Positions 48,971-60,395 of a stretch of 64,000 nt of DNA are shown piece after piece. The stretch is from Lama guanicoe. Its lineage: Eukaryota. Numbering within the stretch: the stretch's first letter is position 1; every line of letters starts with the position of its first letter. Under the pieces are notes generated by a model that worked only from the letters and a program-made list of their open reading frames with translations, did not search any database and was not told where the DNA came from. A program made the position numbers and the translations under genes. The DNA lies in the NCBI GenBank assembly GCA_013239625.1, contig MU053911.1, positions 881,590-945,589 on the forward strand, in the 5' to 3' direction.

Positions 48971-49344
48971 AATAGATAAAAAGTGGGGTGGAAGAGGAGA
49001 ATAGTGACTTTAAAAATATACTTAAGTGCTTAAAGAAAAACATGCAACAGCTTCTATTAAAAGAAAGTAAGAAATTATTGGGGGGAGGAAAGGACAAGAT
49101 TAAGGCATAAACAGGAATTAATTATTTTTAAAAACCATTCAAAAATCTTGGAAATAAAAAAATGCAGTTAAGTAAATTTTAAAAAGAAAACCTGAGTGGA
49201 TACATGTTAAGATGAAAATAGTCAGAGACTAAATGAGGGACCTGGGACCCGCTGCTGATGGAGGCACCCGAAATACAACAGAAAGAAATGAAGAGTTCAC
49301 GTTTAACACGTGGAAATCCAGTGAAGATCTGAGGATGAGTTCAG

Positions 49345-49555
49345 GTGACGTCCTCAGCCAGGCACCACTGACGTCTGCAAGGGACAGTTCTCTGTCGTGG
49401 GGCTGCCCTCGGCTTCATAGGCGTTTAGCAGCACCCCTGGCCTCCACCCAGGAGAAGTCAGGAGCAGCCCCTTGTTGTGACAACAAAAATGTTTCTAGAC
49501 ATAGTCAAATGTCCCCTGTGGGGGCAAAAGTGCCTCCTGTTGAGAATCAGGGCTG
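49345..49555 (+). mobile_element. MER20-like hAT DNA transposon remnant
   Basis: ggcgtttagcagcacccctggcctccaccca…ttgtgacaacaaaaatgtttctagacatagtcaaatgtcccctg…gttgagaatca. Confidence 0.85.
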
Positions 49556-49709
49556 TAGCATAGGTCCACAGCGGGTTACAGAAAAGACACAGATGGGAGG
49601 GCCTGGGGGGGGCGAAGGGCCCATCAGTAGCCAGCGCGCAGATGAGCCACGCACCCCAAGTATGCAGCAGGACACAAGCATGTGAACTGGGCACGTTACC
49701 TTTTTCTGC

Positions 49710-49940
49710 TTTTTAAAATTAGGATGTAACCGACACGTAACATTACATTCATTTCCAGTATACGCGGTAATGGTGTGATGTTTGTGTGTATTGTGAGATG
49801 ATCAGCATAATAAATCTGGTTAACATCCATCACCACACACAGTTGCAATTTCTTGTCTTGGGATAAGAACTTTTCAGATTTACTCTCTTAGCCATTTTCA
49901 AATATCCAATAGATTGCTGTTAACTAGGGTCACCATACGA
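49710..49940 (-). mobile_element. L1MA-like 3' end
   Basis: ttgtgagatgatcagcataataaatctggttaacatccatcacc…ataagaacttttcagatttactctcttagc. Confidence 0.8.
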
Positions 49941-50759
49941 CACTACATGTATGTTTGTGTATGCATTATATGTACATACCCCATACTACACACACACATG
50001 CTCCAACTTAGCTCGAGGCTGTGTGCATTCGCAGCAGAGATTAGACCAGGTCCAAGCCACCTTGTAACCCAGAGTCATACCACTGAATTTCCTCATTCTG
50101 TGTAGAGAATTCTCCCAACCTAGATTTGCACATCTTCCCAAAGTTAGGAAGCCTCACTTGCTGTGAACAAACCCCACACTGTATGACTGAATACGGATAT
50201 TTTACATGAAAGTCCCCAATTACACAATTCAAGTGCCAGACTAGAAACCCCATTCTCCGAAGTTCAAACGTGGAGTTTGAACCTAATCTCTTATGTTTCT
50301 GAAGGCAGAAGGCGGCAGGCATAAAATCTCAAAGCTCATATTCTGGATAAATTCAGAAAGCTAATGAGTGGTGAATTCCTCCCCTCCATTTCCTCAGGTC
50401 GACTTTCTCTATTCCTGCCAGGCAGAAAGCACTTGGGGAGTTCCCAGCTTTGCCATAAATGTGCTTGTGGCCCAAACGATACTGCAATATAATTATAGTC
50501 CAGACCCACCTGTGTGCAAATTTTATTTGAGTTTTATCAAAGGATCTCGCAGCACATAGAGTATCTTTGGATCACTTTCCAATATTAGGTTTTTACAATC
50601 CTTTCTGTAGATCACTGTCATGGAGACTTGGTTAAAAGGGGTAGGTAAGTTTTTTTTCCACTTCCACAAATAAGAGCTAGTCTCATATAATGAGGTGGTG
50701 CTGAGAAAGTTGAGTAGTGGTGACTCTTTTCAGCAAACACAAAACTGATATCTGTACAC

Positions 50760-51000
50760 TGTTATGGGCTGAACTGTGCCCCCCAAATTCGTATGTTGAA
50801 GTCCTAACCCCCAGGACCTCAGAATGTGGCTGCATTTGAATATAAGATCTTTAAAGGGTAATTAAATTAAAATGAGGTCATTAGAGTGGGCCTGATATGA
50901 CTGATGTCCCTATAAGAAGAAATTTGGACACAGGGACACGTGGAAGCCCATGTGAAGACACGGTAAGAAGACGGCCATCCGCAAGCCAAAGAGGGAGGCT
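50760..51000 (+). mobile_element. MaLR LTR (MLT1B/C-like), 3'-truncated
   Basis: tgttatgggctgaactgtgccccccaaattcgtatgttgaagtcctaacccccaggacctcagaatgtg…atgaggtcattagagtgggcc. Confidence 0.88.
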
Positions 51001-51139
51001 ACTGGAAAGCGGCTTCAGCGTGGCAATCTTGTGTGTGATTGTCTCCCCTGCTTCCACAGACCACACAGAGACAGCCTGATAAAACTTACTTTCAAAAAGA
51101 GCAATAACACATGGTTTCATTGTTTGTCTACTCTGTTTT

Positions 51140-51250
51140 GGAAGAGCACTGAGTTGGAAGACCTTGGTCTATCCCCAGCCAGCTGTGAGATTCTAGGAAA
51201 ATCATTTAATCTCTCTAACCTTCCATTTTCTTATAGGTTGACTGAGGAAC
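51140..51250 (+). mobile_element. MIR remnant
   Basis: gttggaagaccttggtc…agctgtgagattctaggaaaatcatttaatctctctaacc. Confidence 0.6.
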
Positions 51251-51589
51251 TGTCAACCTAGTGAATATTTTTCAAACTGTGTTGCACAGAAGCCTAGGGT
51301 TTCAGAAAGGAGCCCCAGGAACTGCCTGGGGACACAACCCTACCCTCGGTCTTCTGGCTGGAGTTTGGCAGAAAATCAGAACTCGTCTTTAATGGGGAAG
51401 GTTAAAACAGAAAGTCATCACCAGACGATCTTCAAAGTTACCCCAGCCCTGATGCGCTGCATAATTCTATTAGCCTGCAGGAGGGTCTCCACTTCCGTGC
51501 TGGTTCTGCATTTCTGTAACACCCAAGCATCTGAAACAAAAGTGCAAGTTAACCAACTGGTAAACCTCAGGAATGCTTATCACACCGCT

Positions 51590-51780
51590 GTGCAGGGTTT
51601 CTCAGCACGACTGAGATGCTGGGAGGCTGTCCCATCTCAACGGACATTTGCCAGCATCCCTGTGTCCATTTGTTACATGCCCGTGGCACCCTTCACCCCC
51701 ACTGGGACAACCAGACACGTCTCCAGACACGGCCAATGTCCTCTGGGGAGTAAGAGTTGCCCCAGATTGAGAACCCCTGT
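51590..51780 (+). mobile_element. MER20-like hAT DNA transposon remnant
   Basis: cagggtttctcagc…ccagcatccctg…gggacaaccagacacgtctccagacacggccaatgtcctctgggg…ttgagaacccctg. Confidence 0.8.
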
Positions 51781-53694
51781 GTTACAGTAACTCACATCTC
51801 CTCGTAACCCATCAAGAGAGGCCAGGAAGGGCGATCTCAGCCCACGACTCTCAAATCTACTCATTGTGCACTTGGGCCCACTGAGCCGGTCCCGCAAATG
51901 AAAGAAAACTGGAAAGAGAGGCAGTAAAAAAGAACGTTCTGCTCCATGGGGCGTTTTGGTTTGTTTTGTTTTGGTTGAAGACTGAACAATCACCATTCCG
52001 ATCACTTAAACGCAAGGCGGCTTGTAAGGAAATCGTGTTGCCACGTTGGGGCAGGAGGGCCCGGAGCTCTGGGCCGAGTGCTCAGCCGGACCTAGACTTC
52101 CTGCTGTTCTGCATTTTCAGCTGGTTTATGCTTCTCCCCCAAAGCTGAAATAAAACACGACAGGCATAACCAACTTCTGAAAAATTCAAGGATGAGGGGG
52201 CTTTAGAGGGAAAAGAGCAGAGAACTTAGGTTTGCTTCGGAACTTAGGTTCCCAGAGGAACCTTGACAGAGGAAGAAATTAATTTGTAGCAAAAATACAC
52301 GTTCACCGAAGAATAAAACTTGAAAGCAAAAATATCTACCTTTTTTTTTCCCTTTTTTGGTGTAAGATTTAAAGTAACTCATGACCCTCAGAAGTTTCCC
52401 TGATTTGCCGTAACCATCGCCCTTAAAGACAAAGAGTAGGTCAGGGTGGGATGTCAGGAAGGGTCAGGGTGGGACGTCAGGAGGGCTCACGGGGGCTCGG
52501 AAGGTCTGCCGACTTTCCCGGGATGAACTGTGGATTCCAGAGCTGAGATTCGGGACCGTGCCTCCACAGGGAACATCCTGAAAAGATGCCCCTTAGTCAG
52601 AGAAGACACCAAGCTGCCATCTCCAGAGCACTTTTTAATCGGTGGATTTTAACTCAGGGACAAAATAAGCATAGTTGTAGTTTGACCAAGTTTCTTGACC
52701 AAGTTGTTTGAACGATGTTTACTTTTTTCCTGGGTAAAGTCTTGCCTTTGGTCTGTAATGTTAAGAATTTGATTATTAGAGCAGATTCTCAATCTATCTT
52801 TGAGAGCACAATTCAGTTCTCTTACGCATAAGAAATGCAACTGTGTACGAAGGCACGTTTTTATCTTATGAACTGAAATATCCTCTTGTCTTGCATGAGA
52901 ACTTGTGAAGTCTGGACCACTTCCTTCAGAAGTCATCAGGGTGCAGCAAATGGGGCTAACACACTCATTCCATTGTGTCTGATTCCATCAGCAGTTTTAC
53001 ACGTCCAGACCTGTGGTCCACGGCATAAAGCTTTGCCTTTAGTTTTCTGCTTCTATTATTAAATATGCAGCCTCAAAACGTGCAAATGAGTAATACTGCA
53101 GGGAGAGAGGAAAAATGCAGTTAGAATTTCTGCAAAACTCCAGGGGAAGGAAAAAAGAACAGGTTTATTTTAGTAGCTTTTGCATATTGGAATTTGCTGC
53201 ATCTTCAGAACACGTATTTATGGAAACATAATCAAGACTTTTTCAAACTTCCTGCTTCCTTTTCAACATTCTCCTGCAATGTCGTCATAATAAATGTAGC
53301 GTTATGCTCATTTTTCCACCTTGTCTTTTCTCTTAAAACCATCTGAACATACACAAAGCAAAATCAGATTGATGTTGTTGAATTTTGATATTTGTGAGTT
53401 CAAATAATAATAATCACTGGTTCAACAGAAACTGCACAAGGCAGGCATTTGGTGGATTTAAATTACAGGAAATACTGCAAAACACGGCACAAAACTGAAC
53501 AAATCACAAGATTATTCACATTGCTTTCACAGTTAGCCTCAGCACATTAGAAAAAGGCCTATAATAAGACCACAGCCTGACAAATGTAAGATTTACAAAA
53601 GACAAATGTTAAGAACAACATGAACTTGTCATCTTTTTCTAATCCAGAAGGAGTTCCCTCCACAATAGACCAATGATTACGCGAAGGCCCTAGG

Positions 53695-53861
53695 GTTCTG
53701 CAGGGCACGGGGAACTATACTCCACGTCTTGCAGTGACCTGTGACGAAAAGAACATGAAGATGAGCATACGTGTACGTAAGCGTGGCTGAAACATGACGC
53801 TGTGCACCAGACACTGACACAACATTGCGAACTGACTGTGCTCCCCTGGAAAAGGAAAAAG
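53695..53861 (+). mobile_element. Short L1 3' terminus, strongly GC-shifted
   Basis: Aligns by eye to the L1 3' ends at 34650-34800 and 58615-58768. Confidence 0.8.
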
Positions 53862-54661
53862 ACTTCAGGGTTTGATTTGTTTAAAACACTGCAATTCCTT
53901 CTTAATTTCTGTCAAAAATAGATGGCCATCTCCCCATAGTAACTGCTCTGCTCCTTGCTTTTTTCTCTGAGTCCAGAAAAGAATACTAACATAAAAAAAG
54001 AGGAAAAGAAATTAACGAGAGAGGAGAGGAAGGCAGGGGGGGAGGGCTCGGATCTCAGTGCCTCTGTAAAGTTAACCTTCAGCTTTCGGTTTAATTTGCT
54101 CAGCTATTAGGACAGTATGTGGCCCACGGAAGCCTGCGCAGTCGACCCAAAATCACCATTTTGTGATTGATGAATGAACAGCTGATCCGACTGACCATAC
54201 TGATTGGCCCTAGAGAAATATCACCTGAGCTAAACATGCCTGGGTTTGTGGATTGCATCCTTAAGGAATACTCAGTTTCACTTGGCAACACTGAGTGGAA
54301 AAAGAATACTATTCAGGGAGTCGGCAATCAAGCAAACGAACACCCAGAATTACGACTTCTCTTGCCAGCGACTTAGCTCACTCCCTCCCTTCACAGACAG
54401 AGAAACTGTGCAAATTCAGCCATCAGCCTGGCCCTTGGAGGCTTTCCACTGCTCCTCAAAGTGGGCTTTGGTACCAGCTCTACACAGAATAGTTCTTCAC
54501 AGTCAGAAGAACGGCCCAGCCTCACTCAGGACCCTCCTGCTTCTCTAGATTTAATCTTCCTCATGTTTAAGTTGTAAACTGACTCAGTTTCTTGAGTACT
54601 CACACCCACTCTTTCCTCCTGGCCTATGGAGATTTTTTCTAGCCTTCCTCTCACTGTCCTC

Positions 54662-54960
54662 ACCAGCGGCTCTCAGCCAGGGTAACTACATGCCCAGAGG
54701 ACAGTGGGGGGGTTGGGTTTATTTCCTCCTTTATCTTCAGAGGGGGCACTGGGGATTGAACCCAGGACCTCATGCATGCCAAGCACGCGCTCTGCCACTT
54801 GAGCTATGCCCTCCCCCCCAGAGACACTTCTGATTACCACATCCTGGGGAAGGCGGGCGTCACTACTGGTGTCTAATGGGTGCTGCCACACATCCCACGC
54901 TGCACAGGAAACCCCCACGATGGAGAAACGGCTGGTCCCACATCTCCGTTGGGCCAACGT
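54662..54960. mobile_element. MER20-like remnant interrupted by a SINE
   Basis: cagcggctctcagccaggg…cccagaggaca, then cccagagacacttctgattaccacatcctgggg…ctactggtgtctaatggg…tgcacaggaaaccccc. Confidence 0.65.
54706..54819 (-). mobile_element. tRNA-derived SINE (Vic-1-like)
   Basis: gcactggggattgaacccaggacctcatgcatgccaagcacgcgctctgccacttgagctatgccctcccc. Confidence 0.9.
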
Positions 54961-54999
54961 TACGCACCCCTCAGCCGTTATGGTGCATTCATCCAGCCT

Positions 55000-55340
55000 T
55001 TGAGACCGGTCAGCATGACAGGAAGCAGCTCAAACACAGACCAAACCTCTCCCCTTTTTTCATCAGCATATAAATGGGGTTTCAAGTCATGAGACTAAAT
55101 GAGTTCCCTTGGAAGGTGAATACAGAGAGCAATTTTTAAAATTGTTTTAAGAGGTCCAAGGACTGAGTTCTGGGCCACTGCAACATGTACAGATTGAAAG
55201 GATGAGGAAGAATCAACAAAAGAGGCTGAGAAAGGGAGGCCAAGGGGGTGGGAGGAGAAGAGCCGTGTCCTGGAAGCCAAGGCCAGAGAGTGACCCACCA
55301 AGCCAGTGCCTGTAATTCAGGCAGGACAAGCCCAGGGGAC
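55000..55340. mobile_element. MIR and L2 remnants
   Basis: catcagcatataaatgggg…gagactaaatgag (MIR-like); aagaggtccaaggactgagttctgggccactgcaac…tcctggaagccaagg (L2-like). Confidence 0.5.
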
Positions 55341-58029
55341 ACCTGGTGGGGTCCACTTCCCAGAGATGGACGCCCGGTCGATACTGCTTCCCAGAGCCCA
55401 CGAGGACTCAGATAACAATTCAGGGAGGCAGTGAGGGCAGCAGGGGCAGAAGTCTGACTGGAAAGTGTTCAGGAGACAGCCAGGTGAGAACTGGGAAGGG
55501 CACAGATGACTCTTTCCAGGAGAATGCCCCCTGGCGTCCACCCCCAGAGGTATTACCTCCTCCCCGTCAGTTATTGCAGCAGCGTCCCTTGCAGACAGCG
55601 TCTTTGATTTGGTCTTATTCCTTAGTCAGCTCTTTTCACCATTACAGTGAAGCAAAGGCACTTTTTTTAATCCTGCGCCTACCCAGTGGTTTGGAAACTC
55701 TTCCTGGACTCCGCATCATTAACTTCATGCTGAATCCCTTGCGCCTGTCAGGTGACCTGTGTCCTGCCTCGGCGGTGAGCTGCTTAGGACAACACTTTGG
55801 ACTCTGCCTGCATTTCTGTTTCCATTTCTCATCCTGGGTTCATACCTCCTGGGCTACCCCCAGCTCCTGACGCTTCAGCACGTGGACTAGGCTGACCCCA
55901 TACCTGTGCCCAAGCCAGGCTTCGAGGCATCCCAGCCCTAAGGCAGCATTTCAAGTTCCCCTATTTGCAGACTTTTTAAAGACAGGAGAGTTGAATATGG
56001 TCTTTAACTCGATTTCAGGCCACAAATCTTTTCGTAAATATAGCTCACGTTAGATTTCTTATAACTGTTTGATGTGATCTTGTTTATGTCCTCTCACTTT
56101 AGACCTGCTTTTACCATGTCTCTTGGGCATGTTGTTCATCGGTCGAGGGTGGGGAGCATTTACACGCTGCAGAGTTTCCTTTTCTTCCACAAGGATTCAG
56201 AAGCCAGACCTTCAGTTATAATTCTTATGTTGGCAATCACGTTTTCCAAAATAATACTGAAATGTGCATCTAACTACCAACAACAATCACAAAGCAGGAC
56301 TTTTTGTCTCTATAGGAGACAAGAAACTTGGGATTTTTGCACCATCCCACCACCCATTACAACCTGTTTCATTTGGGAGGGTAAATGCCGTGTTTTACGA
56401 GACGTGTATTGTCCGAACGGCCTCCCTGCACAGAGCAGCACAGCCTAACAACCCCTGGAAGCCTCTTCTCCTGAAAGAGCCGGGTCCCCAAAGGAGGGTG
56501 TCCCCACACCCGGTCCCCAGGTCCAGGACGCCCCCTCCCCCTGCTTTTGGAATTTCCAGGCCCGCTACGCTGACATCCCGGAAGACTCCAGTCTGTGCGA
56601 CCTTCCCATCCACCTTCTCTGTTCCTCGGGCCTGGGGAAGCCTCGACGCTCGCCCACCAGGACCAGACACACTGAAATGCCTTGTCTGGTCTGTACTTAG
56701 CAGAGATGGTGTGTTTTCCACTAATGTTAAAACCAGGTTCAAAACGGTCCAAAAGAAGCAATTTGCTGTCATTAGATATTTCCCTCGTGCCACAGCGAGA
56801 ATTCCCGCGCCATACCTACAACTGCAGGAATCCAGAAACAGCCCTCGTTCAACCCACACGGCCAGCTGCTGTTCGTAATGGCTGTTCCCGCACCTTCAGG
56901 TCACTTGTGAATTGCTTCAGTTATCCAGGAACTGAACAGCTTCGAGACCTTGGGGTCCCTGCCATGGGGCAGAGCCAAGTATTGTGTTACAAGTGCAAAA
57001 ATTAATCACAGCAATCAGGCAGGGAAAGGAGGTGTGGGGCCAGCTCCCAGCTCCTGGAGCAGAGTTAGGTTACCGCCGGGGACTATGCAGAGCAGGGCTG
57101 CCGTCGGTTCCTTAAGGCAGTCTGGGGACCTGGGGTGCCCGCATTTTAACTGAAGTACTGAGCCGCGATTCCCTCAACCACAGCAACAAACACCGTCTTG
57201 CTCTGCGTCTGGGTACCTAGATGTCCTTTACGATGCATTTCCTAATGAAGATCATCTTTGGTCATTTTTAATTATGAAAAGTATACACTGGGCCCAAAAT
57301 AGGCCCATCTGAATGGTCTTAATCTCTTTACAAGGCAGACAGGGCTGTAACCCAAGTGCTTTCTCTCCTTTCCGCTCTAGAAAGGGCCTCGCTGTGAACC
57401 CAGGTGCTAAACCATTCAGGAAGCACTGCAGGAATTCGGCGGAGGAGGGCGTCCCTGGGGCCGGAGTGGAAATGCTTTAGGAAGAACTCAGGCCTTGAGT
57501 GGGACTTTGAAAGCTCAGTGGGCTGCAGAGAGGCGGCTGGGGAGGGGGAGAGCTGTGGCTGGAGGAACAGCACACAGGCATGGAAATCAAGCAGTTACAT
57601 AAAACAGATGCGCGACCCCGCTCCAGGCTCCGCGGGATAAACAGAGAAGAAAATCTGTCCTGAAGGAATATGAGACTGGTTGGGAAAATACACACAGAGC
57701 TGGCACTGCAATTCAGAAGGAGAGGTGGCCGGGAGAGCTTCCCAGCCATGGGCTGCGGGGAGCCCAGGGTGGTCCTGCGGGTGCCCGAGGCCTGAGGGAC
57801 CGGCACCTGGGGGTCTGCAGGGGCCAGGGGCCCAGGAGGGCGGGGCCGTCAGGGCGCCCGAGGTCAGCCACAGAGCCACACAAAGGAAGCCACATTCACG
57901 AGGCTGCACAGTTGCCTCAGGTCCAGAGTGGGGCCGTGAGAGGCTAAATTAAACTGATCGGGCGGAGAGGAACGAAGAGGGAAGGGGCAGGCGCAGCGGG
58001 AGAGCTGGCGAGACTCAGCGACGGCCTAG

Positions 58030-58472
58030 CGGCTGCGGGCTGGGCCTCTCTGCCGTCACGAGCCCCTTCTCCCACGAAATGTGCGTTGTATGTAACACGT
58101 CATGTAAAACGTGCCCGTTACATGACGGTAATGATGTCACGGTATCAAGTGAAAATATAAGTATTACATATTGGAACAGATTGTTTCACCTAAATTTTTT
58201 CTTCATTTTTTTTAATTTGGGGGGTTTTAGGGGGATGATTACGTTTATATATTTATCTGTTTGTTTATTATTTGTTTATTTGGGGGATTGAAGCCAGGAC
58301 CTCATGCATGCTAAGCACACACTCTACCACTGAGTTATACCCTCCCCCACCTTTTCTTCAAATTTTAAAAGAAATTAAGCATTTTCTTGGGCCCCTAAAA
58401 CTATCATGGGCCCTATTATGATAATAGGCCCTAGGCGTGTGCTTATGGAGCCTAACGGATAAACCAGACCTG
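58030..58472 (-). mobile_element. hAT-Tip100-type DNA transposon remnant (ORSL-like), interrupted by a SINE
   Basis: Minus strand caggtctggtttatccgttaggc…cctagggcc…ttttaggggcccaagaaaatgcttaatttcttttaaaat…gggagaaggggctc; family assignment from memory. Confidence 0.5.
58195..58348 (-). mobile_element. tRNA-derived SINE (Vic-1-like)
   Basis: ggggattgaagccaggacctcatgcatgctaagcacacactctaccactgagttataccctcccc with T-rich tail. Confidence 0.9.
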
Positions 58473-58544
58473 GCTGAGGGGCTAAAGGGAAGACAAGAGT
58501 TTTAAATGATCGCAAAATCTCTAAGAGAATGAAGAAGTTAAGGA

Positions 58545-58768
58545 GGTTGGGAGCTTGGGATTTGCAGACAGTAACTACTGTATATAAAATAGGTAAACAG
58601 TAAGTTTCTTCTGTACAGCACAGGGAACTACATTCAATATCTTGTAGTAACTTATAATAAAGAAGAATATGAAAAGGAATGTATGTATGGACACGTATGA
58701 CTGAAACATGATGCTGGACACCAGGCACTGACACAACATTGTACACTGACTACACGTCAATAAAAAAA
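58545..58768 (+). mobile_element. 5'-truncated L1 3' end with canonical terminus
   Basis: gggagcttgggatttgcagacagtaactactgtatataaaatagg…ctgactacacgtcaataaaaaaa. Confidence 0.9.
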
Positions 58769-60395
58769 GAATTCAAGGAGGGAAACTAATTTGAAGAGGA
58801 AGACAGATCATTTTGAGTTTGTACTTGTGACACTTGAAGCGGCTAGAGAAATGCAGGCGAAGATGGCCAGGAAGTCTGTCCGGTGTGGCGTCTGGTTCAT
58901 GCACATTCGAAAATCAATGGCATACAGGTGTCACTGAAAACCATGGAAGTGAACAATCTCCCCACGGAAGTGGGCTGAAGAGGGAGGTGCTGGAAACTGA
59001 TAGGAACGGCTTTGGGGACCCACATCTTTTTCATGCTTTCCTCCTTCACTGTCCGTGCATACACGCATGCACCACACACTCACCCCGAACATAAGCTCCC
59101 CACGTTATGGAAGGTCTCTAAATGCCTCCACCCAAAGGCATCTTCTAAATGATGACACACAGACCCAACTGAAGGAAACAGCTGGCAGCTCAGCAACGTG
59201 AGGCAAGCCAACCACGAGCGACAAGAGCACACTTACGGTCAACACGTGAGCTGAGGGGAAACGCGGGGCTGCTGCTTTCATCCCAAGAAGAATTCTCCTT
59301 GTTGGGTGAACCACCAGCTCCACTCTTGCACTCCTCACGCCCACGGTCTCTGGCTCTGTCGGAGGCAATGCAGATGATGGAAGACACACTCACAACTGAC
59401 TGTGAGAGGCTTGTTTTCTGTGCTAACATTTCCTTAAGGAAATTCCCACTGATGAGGATTGCAACACACGTCCCCCGGGACTGCAGATTCTAGGTATTTC
59501 GGTGCAACTGCAGTAACCGACTCAGAAACAGATGGGTTTGTGAATGATTGATGGATGAACAGGGAGGCGGTTGTTTAAGGTCAGTCATCTGAATCATGTC
59601 TTGGGAGGGTTCCCGTGAAGTTACATAGGATGAAAATCTGGGCCAGTGCTCACATGCCTGATTACTGAAGTAAGAGCAGCTGCGTGTATTTCAGCATTCT
59701 CAGCCTCACACATACATACACACCAGTGAGGCTCAGAGGTTAAAATGTAAGAGGGAAATCACAAGCGGGATCATAAGAAAACAGAACTGAAAAAATACCC
59801 TGGAAAATGAAGCACATGCCTTGGCTGGACTGGAACGTAAAACTGAAAAATGACTATGATGTGGCACAGAGGAGGCAGAATGGGGAAAGGTGAGAAGTCA
59901 TGAGATGTGGAGGAAAGAAGGCGGAGCTCGAACATGCATTTAACTGGCTCCTTCACCAAAGAGTGCAGAGGCGTAGCGTACAGGTCACACACAGGAGGTA
60001 ATAGCTCAAGTTTCCCAGAATCAGTTAAAAGCATGAAACCACAGATTAAGTCAGCACAAAGTATATGAAGCAAGTCAACAAAACAAAAACATCAGTTCTT
60101 CAAAACAGACAAGTTGAAGAACAGTTTTAAGGAGAGCAAAGATCTTAGTAGTGTCCTAAGTGAAAACGTAGATCACGAACAAAAGGTCAGTGAGGCGGAC
60201 AGCAGACTTCCCAGCAGCAGCAGTGGGAGCTCAACGAGAGTGGAATGCCTTCCAGGCGGTGCACAGGTGTTTCTTCCAGCTCAGAAAGGTGTATCAAGCA
60301 AAGCTCTCTAGCAAGGACAAAATGGTCATCAAAACATTTTCAGATTTTAAAAAACCTGAACAATGTCTAATGAAGAGCTTTAGGAAGAAGAGAAA

